A DNA stretch of 62,927 nucleotides, filler included, from Asterionella formosa (Eukaryota): the NCBI GenBank assembly GCA_002256025.1. It is 5 parts of 5 records of this genome, joined end to end, with 100 filler letters (N's around TTAATTAATTAA, not from the genome) between each part and the next. Parts side by side here need not be neighbours in the genome. Positions count along the whole stretch, not along the records: positions 37,833 to 50,335 come from NKIB01007471.1; positions 50,436 to 62,927 come from NKIB01007481.1; 3 more parts are not named here. One strand, written 5' to 3'. The notes under the pieces are model-generated. The model saw only the letters and a list, made by a program, of their open reading frames with translations, had not been told where the DNA came from and ran no database searches. The position numbers were made by a program, and so were the translations under genes. How positions within the stretch are numbered: position 1 is the first letter of the stretch; each line of letters begins with the position of its first letter. This document shows positions 39,704 through 50,689 of this stretch, piece after piece.

Positions 39704-40265
39704 CGTCTGCAAATAAAAACTATCATATTTCCATGAAGCATCATAGGATTGTGATCATCTCATCATAATATTTCGTTATATCATCTAATAATTTGGATAA
39801 ATGCCTTTGTAATTTAAATAGTAACCCTTTTGACTACATATATTTAATTATTATATGTATTGTTTCTATTTGATTCCTGTATTCGAATTTCTTGGTAGGA
39901 TAATGTAACAGTTCAAGTAATGTAATTTGGCTCATCATTTCCATCCGTCATCACTCCGATTTTTGCAACAACAACGAAATACTAGCGATGACAAGCGGAA
40001 TGAATGTTTGCGATAACGTCTTCAATTTGTTGGTCAAGTGATCTTTATATCTTCGAGTAATTGTCATGTGCAGTGAACCTTTGTTCATAATCATTCAATT
40101 AAGAGTTTACAGGAGAGAAGAAATCATTCGAACTCGTAATGGTTCCGCACACAGCGCACAAAGTATATCCGTTTCGTCCACTTCAGCATGACAATCTCGC
40201 CAATCAACCCGTAAACAAACACATTCTACTTGTTCTCGTTGACATTTTCAATTCTCACATGATAC

Positions 40266-40352
40266 TACATCTACTATTGAGATTCAGCATAGAAGGAGAT
40301 ACGAAAATTTTACATCTACTATTGAGATTCAGCATAGAAGGAGATACGAAAA
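40266..40352 (+). repeat. 45-bp tandem duplication, followed by a diverged ~200-250-bp duplication (40470-40900)
   Basis: tacatctactattgagattcagcatagaaggagatacgaaaa at 40266 and 40311. Confidence 0.9.
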
Positions 40353-41816
40353 TGTGCATTACAGACTACTGTCCACAGCATAGCTATAGTTATAGAATGA
40401 TTCTGATTAGAATGTATTTCATTTTCATATCGCTCGCTCGTTTCTGCATTTGGCATACTGAACTTGAATTAACTATTGAACTTTTCCGCATCTTTGATAC
40501 CATCAAGAGAGCGAAAGCAAGTGGCTCTTTTCATTGTTGTTTGCTCGTAGGAAAAATTTGATATCTGTATCGTCATTTGCTTGTTGGAATTGTCCGTTGC
40601 CTCAAACCTGCTAGGCGTGTGCGTACACACACTGTCGACTTGTTTTCATTGGTATGTTGTTCTTGTATTCACTGTTGAACTTGTCCGCATCTTTGATAAC
40701 ATCAATAGAGCGACAAGTGGGTTTCTTCATTGTTATTTGCTCCTGGAAAAGTCTGTGTCCGTGTCATCCTCATCAATAGAGAGACAAGTTCTTTCGCTGG
40801 AAAAATTGGTACTCGTGGTATCATCATTCGCTCGTTGGAACCACTGTCCGTTTCCTCAAACCTGATTAGCGTGTGGGTATGTGCACTGTCGACTTTTGTA
40901 CATTACAGGCGGAGTGACTTGTTATCTACTAAATTACGTGATAACAATATACCCCGTAGTACGATGCATAATACAGTTGCTTCCCAATCATCTCATCATG
41001 ATTGATAAGATGATAATGTGATATCATGATAGGGTTACATCGATGCATACATCACCAAAGTATGATACGTAATAATGAATAAAGTACATTACATAGCTAT
41101 GATGCAGCGATCATGAAACTGTGATGATTTTTTAAAATGTATATGGTATAATTTTGATCAATATATGATTATGTAAAAATAGTACAATGACAATAAAGTA
41201 CGATATAATATGTACGTAAGTGTTATCGATACATCACAGAAAATAAATAAATAAATCATAATTATGTTACTTAATATAGAAATTCGCTTTTTAATGTATA
41301 CAGTTAAAGTCAACACTTAATATGATAGTATTATACAGTGGATAGGATCTAAGTATACGGATGCATTGATATGTACATCACTATAATATGATTTGTGATA
41401 TGGATTGATGCATATCACATACCGGTATCCTCAACAACCAGCCATCATGTTCATTGTCATGTCGTCTTTCCTTGTTTTAGCTATATATATGCCAGCATGT
41501 GTATTGTGTAAACACTACACTTGCGGAACATGCATATTACACTGTGCTCTGTTCAACAATTACTACACTCGGTTACCATCACACCAGTTCAACCTCCATA
41601 AGCGCCGCAATAAGCTCCGCGTTTCCCTTCCACTGTTTTACATCATTGTCTTCTGGCCCTTTGACAACTTGCTTTCCAAATGGCATCTAACGGATTTCAT
41701 GGAAAGGATCAGTCAAACAAGAAACGAGACTTACTTCCATTGTTTACACTACACGACTTTATGTTTTCGGAAAAGAAGATGAAGAAACTTATGAAATCAA
41801 TCATTCGAAGGTTCCT

Positions 41817-43835
41817 TTGAATACACTCAAAGATCAAATGAATTTTGAACAGATTCATAATACTCCAGAAGAAATAATGAAGCATGCCGATACAATAGTG
41901 GCTGAGATTGAAAAGAAGGAAAGATTGCTTTCGAAGAGGAAACCCAAACAGTTGGTCTTTGTAAATGAAGACTCTATTCGTACAGAGTCACAGTTCCACC
42001 ATCCATTGTCGTATTTTGCTCATTCAACCGAAATCGCTGATAATGAAGAAGAACTCAGTGATTCTCATTCATTTGATGAACAAATTCATGCGATGAATGA
42101 AAATATGGGCGGAAATGTGGCAGACAACACTTCAGATGAAAAGTTGCAAAACCAAGAAACATATCTCACTATCCGTCCAGAACATCAAGATGAACATCAT
42201 GAAAGCAGAGAAACTATTGCATTTATAAAAGAACAGATATTCAAGAAAAAGTCTGAGCTAGATCAAGACCTCGAATTCAAGAAGATCAATGCAGATAGAG
42301 ATGTGATGCTGGCTAAGGCAGTTGATGCTCTGAATAGGGAACGAAGTCAGAAACACAAAATTGAATCTTTTTCCAAATCATACATGGAAGAAAAAGAATT
42401 TCTTTGTAAAATCATTGAAAACAATCCAGAAGGCAGCTATTTTTGTGAAAAGTCGGCATGTGAAATGTGTAGAGTTATTATGCCAAAGCAAACGGCATTT
42501 TCCTTGAGTTTGCCGAAATCGCATGGACAACTAAAATTGCGGAAAGAGTTGTACACTCGTACCCCGCAAGATATATGCAATTACGCCTCTGTATTTTATG
42601 GAGTCAAAGTTATCAAAAAATCATCTTCAGATTTTAAAGATCTTGCATATTGGGACCTTGAAACAATTACCTCTATGATCCATTATATGATTCATGAACT
42701 TCATCCAACTTGTGTAAAGGTTATCTTTGATTTGGATGAGGACCCAGAAAAGGTTAATAAAGATCCATATATATACCAAGGTGATTGTCATCCACTTCAT
42801 CACGAAAGTAACTATGTGCTAATTGTTTATTGCAAAAGATCAGATGAGGAGGAGGAAAACAACCATTTTGTGCATTATCTTTTTGCTATAAATGATGGAT
42901 TATGTCAAGTCCATGACCCAGGAAAAGATGCAAATGTGGATGACATTATGATCAAGTATTTCACCTTGCCCGTAAGTACTGCATCATCACTGGATGCAGA
43001 AAAGGATTGGAATTGTTATGCACCGATACAGGATATCTTCCACAAGAATCCCATATACCTGAAGCAATTTGGTTCTCGGAATCTTTCTATACTGACACCA
43101 AAGCACCATTGCAGATTAGTATGGCCACTGAACATTATTCCATGTTATTTCAACCAGAAGATGACAGTGGATGGTCATGTGGACCTTTTACAATTGTGAA
43201 AGTGTTGGAAACTCTATTGCAACAAGAAAGGAATGGCAAAACCAAATTTCTTGGCAAACGGCCACATTTCCGTTTGGAGACTAAGTCCTGGAAAGCTTTA
43301 AAACGTCAGGTGGCAGCAATAGATCGAACAGACGATTTCTTATCCATTACATCTGACCCACCAACCAAGTCAACATACTTTCATCTTGGAACAGTTGGGC
43401 CTCAAGTGACAACGACAAATTTTTGTGAGGATATGTTTCAGTTGGACATAACTGTTCTTCAATTTTGTATCGACAAAATTTTGAGCTCCTATTTAGATTT
43501 AAAAATTTTGAACGAAGTATTTGGACGAGTTTCTTGCAACTCTTCTTTTCAAGAAGGATGAAGTTGTCTACGAAAAATCCGTGATACAACAAAGTAATGA
43601 CAAACTTGCTCCCTTCAAATGGTATAATCATGCACCTCTTGGACAAATTTCTGGATGCATCACAATTGACAAAAACTTGAAAGAAAATTTTGTATCTGAT
43701 GATAGCCCTTTTGGAATCAACTTGAAGAAGTTTGCAGACTCATATCGAACTGCAGTTGAAAAGTGGAGAAGCAAAATTTCGGACGAAACGAAAAGGACCA
43801 TCTTAGGTTCTTTGGGAGTGAAAAAGAACAAATAA
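41817..43835 (+). pseudogene. Gene B (Ulp1-like protease), two frameshifts; true start probably further upstream
   Basis: Acidic/coiled-coil N-terminal part, CxxxxCxxC, WDLETITSMI, NNHFVHYLFAINDGLCQVHDP, LFQPEDDSGWSCGPF. Confidence 0.7.
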
Positions 43836-43956
43836 TGGACCATTGGATAATCATTTATCTAAGGAAATTGTAGTTTGTGAAAACCTTCATGATAACCAAT
43901 TTAGTATGCGAAACTATATTGTTACCATTATCATTTATATTACTCTTTTATTTTTA

Positions 43957-44516
43957 TCAACGTTCGCTTGTTAGTTTTTGGTCCCACCCGATTGATTTCC
44001 ATGAATTACGTGGAGGAATGGCAACATTAAAATTATCTTTCCGTATCTGTTCCAAAACTTCTTGCGGTTTCAGAGACTTCCTTGATTCCTGTGGTTTCAA
44101 AGCAGGAACAACAAATGCTGCCGAAAGTATGTTATGAAATTCAACAACGCTCAATTCTGTTGTATCAATGCATAAGTTGTCTCCTCTTGCCAAAAACAAA
44201 CGTTTATGAATTTTCATGTCAGGTGAACTTGGATAGGACACATAATCTCTTCTTGTCTAATCTCCCTAAATGCTGCAGCAGCTACACTGCTGCAATCATT
44301 AACTTCTTTCCTTGAATGATTAGATGCACTACTGCAATACATAGTTTCACTAGTATGTATTACAGGAACTCGATGTTCTTGCATGCAATGTCGACAGTGA
44401 CCATATGCATAAAAAACACGGTTGCTACAATTTCCATTGTGAGACTCAGATGGGGATTTGTTCTTCCGAAATTTGTAGTTACACAGAAAACACCATTGCA
44501 ATGTGCGTAAAGACAT
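43957..44516 (-). pseudogene. Internally deleted Plavaka transposase (N-terminus fused to C-terminus)
   Basis: MSLRTLQWCFLCNYKFRKN...HCRHCMQEHR matches the copy 1 N-terminus. TTELSVVEF.NILSAAFVVPALKPQE...WKSIGW..K..SER* matches its C-terminus. About 2.9 kb of core is missing. Confidence 0.85.
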
Positions 44517-44826
44517 TGCAAATTGCAATTGATGAACAAGTCAGGATATGAAAAGTATAGAATGAAAATGAATTAATATATAAAAATAAATTGAGCGCCA
44601 CTTCGAACAGGCTGTGCTGGAAAATACAGAGTCGTGAAATTATCACTCCACCATAGTAGTAAAAATGGAGGTATACCGCTACATGTAGTACAGGCGGCAC
44701 TAATAGTAAATGTAGTATAGAGCAGAATCAATGTTTTCCTATCATCTATGATATGGCTTGCGTTGTAGAAGTCTCACACTTACTATAATTATTATCATGT
44801 AACTACTAAGTATGCATTGGATTCTA

Positions 44827-46578
44827 TTAGATCCATTCAAAATCAACATTGTCATCAATGTCCCGTTGATTAATGCGGTCATTGTAATCAATATTCTTTT
44901 CAGGAACATTTGGTTGAAGTGATACAACAAATTGATGCATATCCTCTTTACTTACGTTGGGAAATGAGAAGTATGAGTGTGGGTAGATGATATATGTTCC
45001 GAAAGTAGCAATTCCACTAGGATTCCTTCCATATTCAGATCGATTCTTTTGTGAAAGTCCAGTATAGATTTCCTTATACTAATATACGAGTAAATCATCA
45101 GTCCATTGATCAGTAAGACCATTTGAAACTGAACTTTCTTCCCTCACACTTTTTTGATACGTGGTTTCCCACCAATGTCGACAAAATCGGTAGAATGATG
45201 AATTTCGTTCTCTGAAATTTCATGGGTATCTGGATTGAAACCCAAATATTTTTGTTGCAATCGGAATTTTCCTTTCAACACCAAGACGCAAAAGGCTTCT
45301 GTACTGGCATTGATCAGCAAACCAACAAAACATGATTGCAATTCACACTGTGCCCGAAGACTTAGTTGAATTTTGGCTTGGTCACACCAGATTTGTCTAC
45401 TGTTAAAAATGGTTTTCCACGGCTTGTCCTGCCTATAAAATAAACTGGAGCAAGGACGCACATCACGCCAGACTTGGCATCCTTGGCTTCCCCTGTCAAT
45501 TTCCCTTGACTGCGCAAAACGATAAAGCGTGAACACCACCTAATAAAGTCATCAATATCCATAGTCTGGAAGTTATATTTTGTTAAACCAGCTGGTGTGT
45601 CGTGAATTATGTTAGCATTTTGAAATTGAAACATATTTGATAAGAATATAATCACCGACTCAAAGCATCATGCTTTCAGAGCATCTCCCGCCCTGCAAGA
45701 ACTTACCTAAGATTCCTTTAAATTGATTATTCAATACATTCTGACATTCTCTAAACTTTTTAATGCACATGCCACCTAATGTTGATTTGATGTAATCTAA
45801 ACGTGCCTTGTTGATACATTCAAGGGTCTGATTCATCGGAAGTAGTGCATCAGAACCATTCCATATGTAATCGGCAAGCTCTGGGTCACTCTCCAATTCT
45901 TTGCCTAACCCCGGTTTCACTGTGTATAGCCGAGTTAGGCAGGTCAGCATGGGGCAAACCAATCCAGTTTTTGATTGGAAATGCCTTTCATACTACTTGG
46001 ACCAGATAGGCAGGGCGGGATGTTTGATTCTCTTTTGGGACCAGAAAAAAGCACATTAGATTGATATTCTGTTTTATAGTACGTGCAATTCACAAACTAT
46101 AACATCAAACTTACATGTTCACAGCGAAACTTCTTGGTCTTGAAAACAAATAAAACTCAAAAACTTTGTGACAACTGATGGTTCATTTTTAGCTAAGCGA
46201 GAACGACATTCTGATAAGGCTGCTGAAATTGCAGATTCTTGATAACCTCGTATGGACGAGTTTTGAACCGAATTACGACCTTTGTAGTGATTGAGTTCAT
46301 TGACCAATTGATAATATCCTTCGGCAAGTGCAAAATGTTTTTCCCTCAGTTTGTCATGTACTTGTTGGTCCGTGCGATTAGAGAATGTATGAAATGGTAC
46401 CATGTCGTCCATCTGCATCCGGGAGTTTTCCCAATCGCCGATTGGGTTGCTTTGGATAATCGCCTATTCGCTTTTTCTTTGTAAAGTCATTTTGGAACTT
46501 GCTTCTTTGTTCCATACCGGCAGTATTTGCCACATGTCGCTATTTTCCATGAACCTCTTTATGGTTTCTTGAAGACAT
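44827..46578 (-). pseudogene. Gene A, near full length, disrupted
   Basis: Same motifs and intron positions as 3451-5412. Confidence 0.72.
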
Positions 46579-46619
46579 TGTACTACTTGATAACTGTTGT
46601 CGTTGTCTTCCTTGAAGTT

Positions 46620-46900
46620 CGATGATCTTAAATTCATTTACTGTCCCTCTGCAGTAGCTGCAGTCATAGACATATGGTGTTCTGTTGCTTGCTTATTACT
46701 CCGACTATTGGTTTTTATTTTTACGATCATACGATCCTAATACTATGATGATTTTCTGTCCCACTGCAGTAGCAACAGTCCTGAACATATGGTGTTCTAT
46801 TGGTTTTTAGTTTAACGATCATACGATCCTAAAACTATGATGATTTACTGTCCCACTGCAGTAGCAACAGTCCTGAACATACGGTGTTCTGTTGCTAGTT
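46620..46900 (+). repeat. Three diverged ~90-110-bp tandem units
   Basis: tgtccc.ctgcagtagc..cagtc...acata.ggtgttct occurs three times here and once in the paralog (~15036-15115). Confidence 0.8.
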
Positions 46901-47357
46901 TACTACTCCGACTACCCCCAGTATATCACTTACTACCTGCTACTGGTACTCTGTATATATACATGATATATTGTTATTGTAATATTATGTACCGGTACAC
47001 ATGAAGAGCTCCCAACCAAAAAAGGGGCTTGAACAATTTGCTACCAAAACCCTTGCGGTTATGACTTACACTAATTGAATGGTCTAAATAATTAGTTTCA
47101 ACGGACGTTGAAAATATCGATGCAAACAAATTTCAAAAAAACAGTACCGGTACACATAGTCATGGAAAACAATGGACATTTAGTGCATTGAGTATTTTCG
47201 AATTATGTATATGCGAGTATGATCAACTCAACCATACCAGATGTTCCATATCGAGAGCGCCTTTGAATTTCATAAATGTATAACACTTCATATATATACA
47301 CATTTACAAATTTTATTACTCTATTCATGGCATATGTATATTTGAAATCGTTTTGTC

Positions 47358-48150
47358 ATGTTAACAAACAATGCATGCTGCTTCATGAAAAGATTGGTCG
47401 TAGTAAAGCATATGACAATAAGAAAAGAAAGTTTACTCAATTTATAACGAAAAACATTGTGACTTCGAGCGACACATTGCGCATTCGAAGGATGGAGAAA
47501 GTTTAAGGTAATGAAGCCATCAATGTGGTACTTGGTTGACAATCATTGGGAGACAGGACAACAACAAATTGTTAACTAAACGCACATTTCCTTTTTTCTC
47601 AGTTGAATCAACAGCTCGTTTCGCTTGTTGGGGAGCACCAATGTAAAACAAAACCAAATTGCGTAAGTGCTGTTGTCGCTCGTTGGACCTATTCACTTCT
47701 TTTGGAACAAAACTAACAAAATGTTTACCTTCTCTCAAAGCTAAGATGACAAAAATGAACCGGTAAGTTTTATTCGACAACATTGGATACCCGAAACTTA
47801 CTTATTCAAGAATTTACTGACAAGTTACTATTACAGACTTATGCATCACTTGCTTTGATTTGGCTGTGGTAAGTGAAGCAAGCGAGAGGATGCAATGGAA
47901 TGGCGTGATGTTGTGTCAGTGTAACATGTCCAGCTAACAAGTCATTCCTTCTCATTGTTATTGTATTTGCATAGGACAATAATACCAATCAAAAAAGGAA
48001 TATTCGACGAGTTCAGAATGACACTAACAGCAGGAAGAGAGACGCAACATTAGTAAGGCATTGCTTGGCACAAGATTCAGAAAAGAGGAAGAAAAGGGTG
48101 GGACAGGAAAAATATACATTGAGCCGAGCAGAGAGAGAAACGTTGGGTCA
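47358..48150 (+). pseudogene. Gene C homolog (also at ~15702-16470); boundaries approximate
   Basis: ATGTTAACAAACAATGC start shared with 15702. Intron 47663-47740 with CTAAC branch site. Confidence 0.4.
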
Positions 48151-48599
48151 CTGGCATGTAAATAGATAGCATTGCTTAATTTGATAGTTAAATTACGATC
48201 CATTTCAATCTATTTTGAACAATGCTTGTGAATAGAATTATGATCATGTTTACGATAGATTTATGATGAAACAATTCACATGATAGCATAGAGTTGAGCT
48301 GGCTTTAGGATACGTTGTAGTTATAATTTACATCGGGCGATCACGAGAAGTGAAAATAATATGAGAAGGTTTATGATATTGATGGGAAATGTTGTTGATC
48401 AGTTTATATACATTGTGTGATGATAATGTTCTTATTATCATAATACTTCAAGGTCGGTAAAATATTAATAAATCATCATAGTTACAAGATACCCTGATCA
48501 TATTTTTGATCCAAAAATTATCATATATACGAAAATCCTGTGCCACTTAGCGTACAATACCCTTGATCCTATATGCATGATACTTTTTATTTGCAGACC

Positions 48600-49215
48600 T
48601 GCATTTCTCGTCAGCATCTGACAAAATGATCGTAGCGCCCTTTAGGTGTTTCTCTCCTCTTGATATTTTGTCACCGTTAAGTATTCCTTGAAAGTTCTTT
48701 AGCACGCATATGTGAGAAACTTCGCTTTCCATATGTGCCATTTAGCATCTTGCCCATTGAATGTCGGCAACCTCACTGACGTGTCTTTGTCACTTCCCGT
48801 CGTTCCTGAGTAGCCTGTGGCCTTCAAAGGTGCGCTTTAAAGCGTGTTGAAAGGTCTCGTACTCCTTCCTGTCTGACGGGTTCCTCTTACGTAGGACTTA
48901 CCTGTTATACCACTAGTATTGTTATCTTCTTTCTGCTGCTAGCCTTTGTGCTAGTTTTCGCTATTGACCTGCCCTACTATGTCAATTCTCACTCTTTCTT
49001 AATTATAAGCTTAAACCAAAACTAAGTTTCAATCCCATTCATTACACTTTGAGAGCCTGTTCTTGGTGTTCCCTTTTTGTTGATGTAAAACTGCTTCTGA
49101 TTGATCTAAGACATCAGTCTTGTTAGCAAGCTTCTGACTAATTGGACTATAGTCGAGTCCACATTCCTTGTGACTCAATATAGCCATTTTGATGCTATAC
49201 CCGGTATTCTTGACA
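48600..49215 (-). mobile_element. Copia LTR (49215->~48845, TG...CA) and gag N-terminus
   Basis: VRLPTFNGQDAKWHIWKAKFLTYAC/KNFQGILNG is a typical copia gag start. The LTR is homologous to 325-601. Confidence 0.8.
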
Positions 49216-49482
49216 TCCTTATCGTCCTCGGTACAAACTCTACCTGGTACTACTAGGGACGCAATAAGAAATGGATAGATTCTCCGGGTTTTCCCGCGCC
49301 AATTACGGTACCGGTACTTTTATGTACCGGTATGCTCATGTTTTCGTCCGAACAAGCAAATTGGTCTTCCGGTATCCATACTGTTACCTATTTGCTTGTA
49401 GTCGTATTGAATCAGTTTCATCCGCGCGGAGTTAGCATCCAGAAACAGGGAGACAGTCATCGAAGCCATCTCAACGACGGAA

Positions 49483-50335
49483 ATGGAAAAAGAAAGCGCT
49501 TCACAATCTCGAAGCTCCCAAAATGATGAGGGAAAGGACAACGAGCAAATAACCCTCAATGAACTCCTTCAGTCAACGGTATCTTACAGCAAACCTCGAG
49601 CCAACCGCGCAGAAACTGTTCGCATCATTGACGCTCTCACGAGGGAAGGTATGCGTCCTTCTCCTTCCAGCCTATTCGGAAATGGCGCCATGCTTGTATC
49701 GGACATTCCTGGGAGTGCTTTCAAGGAAGGTGTTAACATGGGAATTGACGAAGCTGGCCGTGGTCCCGTCCTTGGTCCAATGACTTACGCGGCTGCATTT
49801 TGGGCAAAATCACAGGATTCAAAAGTTCCCCATGGCTTTAATGATTCCAAGCAACTGACTGCCGACTCGCGCGAGAACTTATATCGGCAAATAATGACTT
49901 GCTCTGAAATGGGCTTTGTCTTACGGGTCCTACATGCATCCGAAATTTCCCGAAACATGCTTCGCAAGGAGCCATACAATCTCAATGCAATGTCACATGA
50001 TGCCGCTATGCAAATGATTCAGGCGGTTTTGGATGCTGGGGTCAAGATCCATAACTGCTACGTCGATACCGTGGGGAGTCCAGAAGCCTATCAAAGTAGA
50101 TTGAACAGAGTCTTCGCCGAACACGACATCAACTTTGTCGTTGAGAAGAAGGCAGATTCGAAGTATGCAGAGTGCTCAGCTGGTTCTATTGGTACGTATC
50201 TTAGGAATAATTGAATGTCATGCTTTGGCCATTGGTATTTTTGATGAGACTGTGTGCCTTATTGCTAAACTTTCCACACTAATTGCACTTGAAATATATT
50301 TATTTCAATTCCATTCATTGCAGTTGCCAAGGTGG
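49483..50335 (+). CDS. RNASEH2A: Ribonuclease H2 subunit A, 3'-partial; exon 49483-50191, intron 50192-50323, exon 50324->contig end
   Basis: GIDEAGRGPVLGPM, DSKQLT, YNLNAMSHD, YVDTVG, KADSKY..CSAGSI|VAKV. Confidence 0.93.
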
Positions 50336-50435
50336 NNNNNNNNNNNNNNNNNNNNNNNNNNNNNNNNNNNNNNNNNNNNTTAATTAATTAANNNNNNNNN
50401 NNNNNNNNNNNNNNNNNNNNNNNNNNNNNNNNNNN
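50336..50435. other. Artificial contig linker
   Basis: N-run with central TTAATTAATTAA. Confidence 0.98.
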
Positions 50436-50689
50436 CAAGATGCGGTCATTTTGCTAAAATCAACAATTCAATCTAGGATAAAGATAGCTAAATCTTTCGT
50501 TTTGCAAAATTACCGCAACTTGCCTGGTAGTCTATACACCCCGGAAAGCACATAACTCAAAACTCTAACAATATGTAATACAGAGCAGGATCTCCCATAC
50601 AGTGGGTTGGCTTCCAGATCATAATTTCATGATTGTAGGTGACTGTTGGACTAGTTTAGAGCTTAATAGACTACATTATGTTGTATAAT

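Larger units (their letters stand above)
39704..48599. mobile_element. Plavaka-type transposon copy 3: both ends present, non-autonomous, 8896 bp
   Basis: 23-bp TIRs at 39704-39726 and 48577-48599 (21/23 match), flanked by TG on both sides. Removing the element and one TG rejoins the copia gag in frame (DEKC-IRRNN). Confidence 0.88.

Noticed and set aside
39403..39744. ORFs crossing the TIR junctions (also 48547-48741)
   Set aside because: They are chimeras of gag and TIR sequence created by the insertion.
12519..50435. Regular ~12.6 kb periodic TTAATTAATTAA motif, and apparent linkage of the three transposon copies
   Set aside because: These are artificial linkers joining size-sorted contigs. 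Adjacency across them has no biological meaning.
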